Positions 60,128-64,000 of a DNA stretch of 64,000 nucleotides are shown here, piece after piece. Every line of letters starts with the position of its first letter. The stretch's first letter is position 1. The notes beneath the pieces were generated by a model that had not been told where the DNA came from, did no database searches, and worked only from the letters and a program-made list of their open reading frames with translations. A program made the translations under genes and the position numbers. Source of the DNA: Pelagomonas calceolata (Eukaryota); assembly GCA_918797485.1 (NCBI GenBank), contig CAKKNE010000004.1:4588001-4652000 (forward strand), written 5' to 3'.

Positions 60128-60275
60128 GGCATACAGAGGCGTCGAGAGGGCTCGGGGCGCGTCGCGACCGGTCGTTCGCCAACCCGCACAGTTCGAACTT
60201 CAGGAGAGCATTGCTCGACATTCAGCACTTCAGAACCATTTATATGCGCCTCGACGCCTCGAGGTCCACATATAG

Positions 60276-60817
60276 ATGGCCGCGTTACGCCGTCTCTCTT
60301 CCGCGAAGATCCCTGCGGGCGCCGCGCTGACGACGCGCCGCCTCTCAAGCAGTCAACTCTCAGACACTGCAGCTCGTCGCCTGTCAGTCGAGTCGTTGAG
60401 CCTCTCGCCGACGATACCGTATGAACGCAGACCGAGCGGGGGTCCTCTCACGCCCCGGCCCACGCTCACGCCAACTAACACGCCGGCGAACCTGAACGCG
60501 CTCCTCGCGCCGCCCGCGATGCCGCGCCGCGCGTCGACCTATCATGATACCGAGAAGGCGAATAGCGGCGAGTTGGACAACAGCGGCGGGTCTGCGAGCG
60601 GTGCCGATATCATCAGGAGAGAAAGAGGCGTATTCCCGCGGACGCCGTCGACGCCACGTCGAAGCGTCGCAACGCCGTCGTCGCTGTATCCGCTTCTGCT
60701 CGATGGCGTTCTTCGCGCAGGTCGACGGGCAAGAATAGGCCGCTCGGGCGAGAGCTCAAGCCGACGCTCCCTCGGGTCCTATCTCGCGCCAACGCCTCCG
60801 TGGTGGACGAGGAGTAG
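60276..60817 (+). CDS. Low-complexity Ser/Pro/Arg-rich hypothetical protein, predicted intron 60590-60720
   Basis: Splicing GT60590..AG60720 gives ...NSGG|STGKNRPLGRELKPTLPRVLSRANASVVDEE*. Start uncertain. Confidence 0.4.
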
Positions 60818-61282
60818 GGACGCGGGCCTTCTTGCGGAGTTTTGTTGTTGCAGTTTTGACTCCTTCCCCTTCCCTCCCCCCTGCTATTATCTTATAACAC
60901 ACTACCAACGTAGCCGCGCCTCCAGGGCGCGCGGGACGTTCGACGCGGGCTCGCGCTCCTGGGTCAGCCTCTCTCTCTCGGGTCCAGCGGTGGTCGCGGA
61001 CAGTCTCATACGGAGAGCCAGAGCCCTGGGGCGAAAAGCTGAAAAACCCGCACTCAGCCAATATCGCGCAGCCCAGCTCGACGCTACGGGTCCCCGCAAC
61101 CTGCAGGGGGCACTGACAGCGCATAAATACACTGCTCTCTTCGCGCTCCCAGCGAGCAGCGCAAGACTGGCCGGAACGAAGCTCTCAGATCCACACAGAG
61201 AGCGCTCTCTGCCAGGTGGCTGCGAGATAGCGCCCGCGAACACCGGTGTGAAGAACGCACACAGATAACGCACCGACACAAG

Positions 61283-62977
61283 ATGCTGCGCCTCCTCGCC
61301 GTCGCAGCGATGGCACGCGCCTTACCGCGCAACGACGGCAAGTCCGACGAAAAGCTCAGCCACGAGGCCCAGACCTACTACGACCCGGCCGCGCAGACGT
61401 TCGCATTATATACTCTGTTAGGAGTGCCGACAAATGCGACGTTGACCGAGATCGACCGGGCCTTCGTCAAGCACAAGAACGATTTAGAGAGGAACAGGAA
61501 AAACAAGAAGAACGTCCAGATCTATGGGCTGATCTACAAGTCCTTGGATGAGGACGAGGACGGCTTGTTGAGTGCAGAAGAAAGTGAGAGTCTCGTGGAG
61601 GCGTTGGGTCTACGATTCGATGAGGAGGACGATCATGTGCAAGAGTCCGTCGCCAAGTTCCGGAGGAGGACCTGCACGGACAAAGACGCTGTATTTAGTT
61701 CAAAGGAACACCTCATGATTGTGGCGACCTACGCCTCGCTGCGCACGGCGCGCGTGACGCTCGGTGATGCGGAGATGCGGACTAAGTATGATGAGCAGGA
61801 GCGCATCAAAGCGCGGGAGTATGCTGAAGACGTCGACGACGACAATACGTACCTGGGCGCCGCGAAGCGCAAAGTTTTTGGCGTCATCTACTACGGGATC
61901 TATGGCGGCATTGTAGTGTGGACAATTGTAGCGGTCATTGCGTGTCTGGCGTACGTGGCTTGCAAAGCGCTCGCGTCCATACCGAACGCGCCGCCTCTGT
62001 TCGGGCGGTGCGCCGACCGCTGCGGAAGCGTCTTGATTTGGATTAACCCAGGGTGGAGTACGGTGTGCACACTCGCGTTTTGCGCGCCGAGTACGGTCCT
62101 CGCGGCGATGTTGTCAGCTTTTGCGGTATTCTTGTTCCTCTTTAGTCTGCTCGCGAAGACGCCCGTCGTTCTTCAGAGGGGGCTTTGCGCCTTGATCATT
62201 GCCGCACTGCTCGCGTGGCTCGTACCGGCCTGTGTGGAAATCAACCAGTGCGTCGGGTGCTGCCACGCCATCGAGCAGGCGTCGCATCGATGGCGTGGAG
62301 GTCGACGCGGAACGCGCCGTAAAATTTTGATTTCCACACAGGTACCGGCCGTAAAAAATGTGCTGACGCGCCCACGGGAACATGTGAGACGCCTCGTCCA
62401 GGGCCTGCGCGGCCTCGGTAGAGAGGCCTGGGGCGTCGGGAAGGTTTTGGTGCCGGGTGCGGCCCTGGGACTGGTCTACTCGATGTTCGAGGTGGAGCTC
62501 GAGACGCACCTGCTCACGGCTTTAGCGGGAGGCGTCGTTGTCATCATGGCGGTGAAGCCGCTGCGGAGCCGCGCGTTCCGCTACCTCGGCCAGGCGCTGG
62601 CCGACACGGGCGTCACTCAGCCGCCGAGCGAGGCGCCGCGCATCCTCGAAGCCTTGCAGCGCCTCGCCACTTTACCCGTGGAACTATACGTTCCGATCAA
62701 CGTCCTGGACGACGCGCAAGTCAAGGCCAAGCTCGAACGAGCCGGCTTCTCGCGCCGCGACGGCGCCGCGACGCCGAGCCGCGCCGAGCTCGAGGCGGCC
62801 TACGACGACGCCTATGGCGCCTGCACCGTGTGCTTCGCTCAGTTTGAAGCCGGCGACGAGTGCGTGCGCCTCCTCTGCGGGCACGTCTTCCACCGCGACT
62901 GCGTGGTCCAGTGGGTGAACACGCGGACGGAGTCGGGCCGCGTGCCGACGTGCCCCCAGTGCACCTGTGACATGTGA
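61283..62977 (+). CDS. Signal peptide + split J-like domain/EF-hand + multi-TM + RING-H2 protein; two exons
   Basis: LYTLLGVPTNATLTEIDRAF...LGDAEMRTKYD; DEDEDGLLSAEE; CTVC...CGHVFHRDC...W...CPQC. Predicted intron 62222-62341. Confidence 0.85.
   Translation: MLRLLAVAAMARALPRNDGKSDEKLSHEAQTYYDPAAQTFALYTLLGVPTNATLTEIDRAFVKHKNDLERNRKNKKNVQIYGLIYKSLDEDEDGLLSAEESESLVEALGLRFDEEDDHVQESVAKFRRRTCTDKDAVFSSKEHLMIVATYASLRTARVTLGDAEMRTKYDEQERIKAREYAEDVDDDNTYLGAAKRKVFGVIYYGIYGGIVVWTIVAVIACLAYVACKALASIPNAPPLFGRCADRCGSVLIWINPGWSTVCTLAFCAPSTVLAAMLSAFAVFLFLFSLLAKTPVVLQRGLCALIIAALLAWLVPACVEINQCVGCCHAIEQASHRWRGGRRGTRRKILISTQVPAVKNVLTRPREHVRRLVQGLRGLGREAWGVGKVLVPGAALGLVYSMFEVELETHLLTALAGGVVVIMAVKPLRSRAFRYLGQALADTGVTQPPSEAPRILEALQRLATLPVELYVPINVLDDAQVKAKLERAGFSRRDGAATPSRAELEAAYDDAYGACTVCFAQFEAGDECVRLLCGHVFHRDCVVQWVNTRTESGRVPTCPQCTCDM
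62230..62341 (+). mobile_element. Introner element with perfect TIRs and perfect 8-bp TSD; predicted intron 62222-62341
   Basis: CTGTGTGGAAATCAA...TTGATTTCCACACAG; GTACCGGC at 62222-62229 and 62342-62349. Interior closely similar to the 56810 copy. Confidence 0.95.
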
Positions 62978-63434
62978 GTAAGATGAGTATAGATATCCTG
63001 CCAGTGGACCGCTCAGATAGGCTGTCGCGTCGCGCGGCGTATTCGGGTCTTTCTTTTACAAGCGCGGCGACGTCGTCGACGCGGTCCCTCCGTGCCCGGG
63101 CGCGTGCGATGGTGTCCCCTTAACTGCCAGAGCCCGCATTTCAGCGCAGCGAGGCGTACGCGAGCAGAATGGCACCTCACCACACTCGAACCTAGGGGTC
63201 CGCGCCGGTGCCTCGAGACGTCGCCGGCGCCCCGGGAGCGTCAACCAGAGCCTGGGGAGTCCTGTATCGTCGCGATGCAGGCTCAGATAGCCTAACTAAT
63301 GTAAGTCCGCCGCCACAGCGCGCTCGCATCGAGCGCCTCTGCCGCGCGGGAGAGGCAAGGCGAGGCAGCCCCCGGCGCTTTTTCGGTCGTATTAGCTTCC
63401 AAATAAACCGGGCGAGGCAGCCCCACCCCCAAAG

Positions 63435-64000
63435 ATGCCCAACGTCGAGGACGAGCAGCACATCGTGCTGCCGGGCGCGCCGCCGGCCCACCTCCTGAAG
63501 CGCACGATGATCAAGGACTGCATCGGGCGGTGCCGCGCGACGTCCTACGATTTGCCCAAGGACGTCATGCACGTCTACGGCTACATCCAGGAGAAGGACA
63601 AGGCCGACGCCCGCGAATGCATTGGGGGCTGGGACCAGTTCACGCCGTCGGCCTGCTCGTCGGCCCAGCGGAGCTTCGTGAAGACGAACCTCGAGGCCTT
63701 GAAGGCGGGGAACATCACGGCCAAAAGCCAGAGGGAGTACCAGATCGCGAACCCGAACATTTTCAGTGCGCAAGCCAAGCCCGGCCACAAGCCGGATCGG
63801 CACAACAAGCCGCCCTTCGACGGGCCCTACGGCTTCGTGCCGAAGACGGGCACCGAGCCTTTGACACATACCATCGAGGGCCGCTACATGGGCCAGGGCG
63901 ACGACGACGCCGACTACCCGGACATCATCTCCATCAAGAAGGCGAACAAGCTGCCCGGGCCCAAGCCGACCAAAGCGAGCCAGGGCCACGCCGTCAAGGC
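63435..64000 (+). CDS. CFAP77/DUF4483-like flagellar protein, runs off the window end (absent from ORF track)
   Basis: Own translation: MPNVEDEQH...IKDCIGRCRATSYDLPKDVMHVYG...ECIGGW...RSFVKTNLEALKAGNITAKSQREY, open to 64000. Confidence 0.7.
   Translation, partial: MPNVEDEQHIVLPGAPPAHLLKRTMIKDCIGRCRATSYDLPKDVMHVYGYIQEKDKADARECIGGWDQFTPSACSSAQRSFVKTNLEALKAGNITAKSQREYQIANPNIFSAQAKPGHKPDRHNKPPFDGPYGFVPKTGTEPLTHTIEGRYMGQGDDDADYPDIISIKKANKLPGPKPTKASQGHAVK

Noticed and set aside
60128..60275. Possible acceptor CCGCACAG at ~60191 linking the 59542 and 60276 genes
   Set aside because: The frame leading into ATG 60276 has a TAG immediately before it, and I could not build a convincing joined model.
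60818..61268. C-terminal part of the 330-aa ORF 60276-61268
   Set aside because: Runs through a pyrimidine/AT-rich terminator-like tract and the next promoter; more likely read-through of an unspliced frame.
1..64000. Autonomous transposase, tRNA, rRNA or telomeric repeats
   Set aside because: None recognised by eye; tRNAscan/Infernal and a DDE HMM search would be needed to exclude them formally.

Overview
Gene-dense, high-GC eukaryotic nuclear DNA with about 34 mostly single-exon genes and very short intergenic gaps. The gene content and intron style suggest a pelagophyte alga (Pelagomonas/Aureococcus-like); this is an inference, not a database result. Recognisable genes include NDUFB11/ESSS, GTPBP1/2, a rhodanese, MetRS, Nup62/Nsp1, PAM18, ornithine aminotransferase, a class 3 lipase, a translin/TRAX tandem protein, importin-7/8 and a partial CFAP77-like gene. 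Main signals: (1) A family of ~90-110 bp TIR elements (CTGTGTGGAAATCA...TGATTTCCACACAG) with 8-bp target duplications sits inside coding sequences and is predicted to splice out exactly as introns (introners), alongside a graded series of older, decayed copies. (2) A 2473-aa multi-pass membrane protein joins a RelA/SpoT-like synthetase domain to an LRR/C-type-lectin/Cys-rich ectodomain. (3) A 22-24 bp CTAG-bounded motif recurs, found only in promoter-side intergenic DNA. (4) There are several unusual domain fusions and a chimeric ureG pseudogene. No rRNA, tRNA or CRISPR array was seen. All splicing calls are predictions from sequence.
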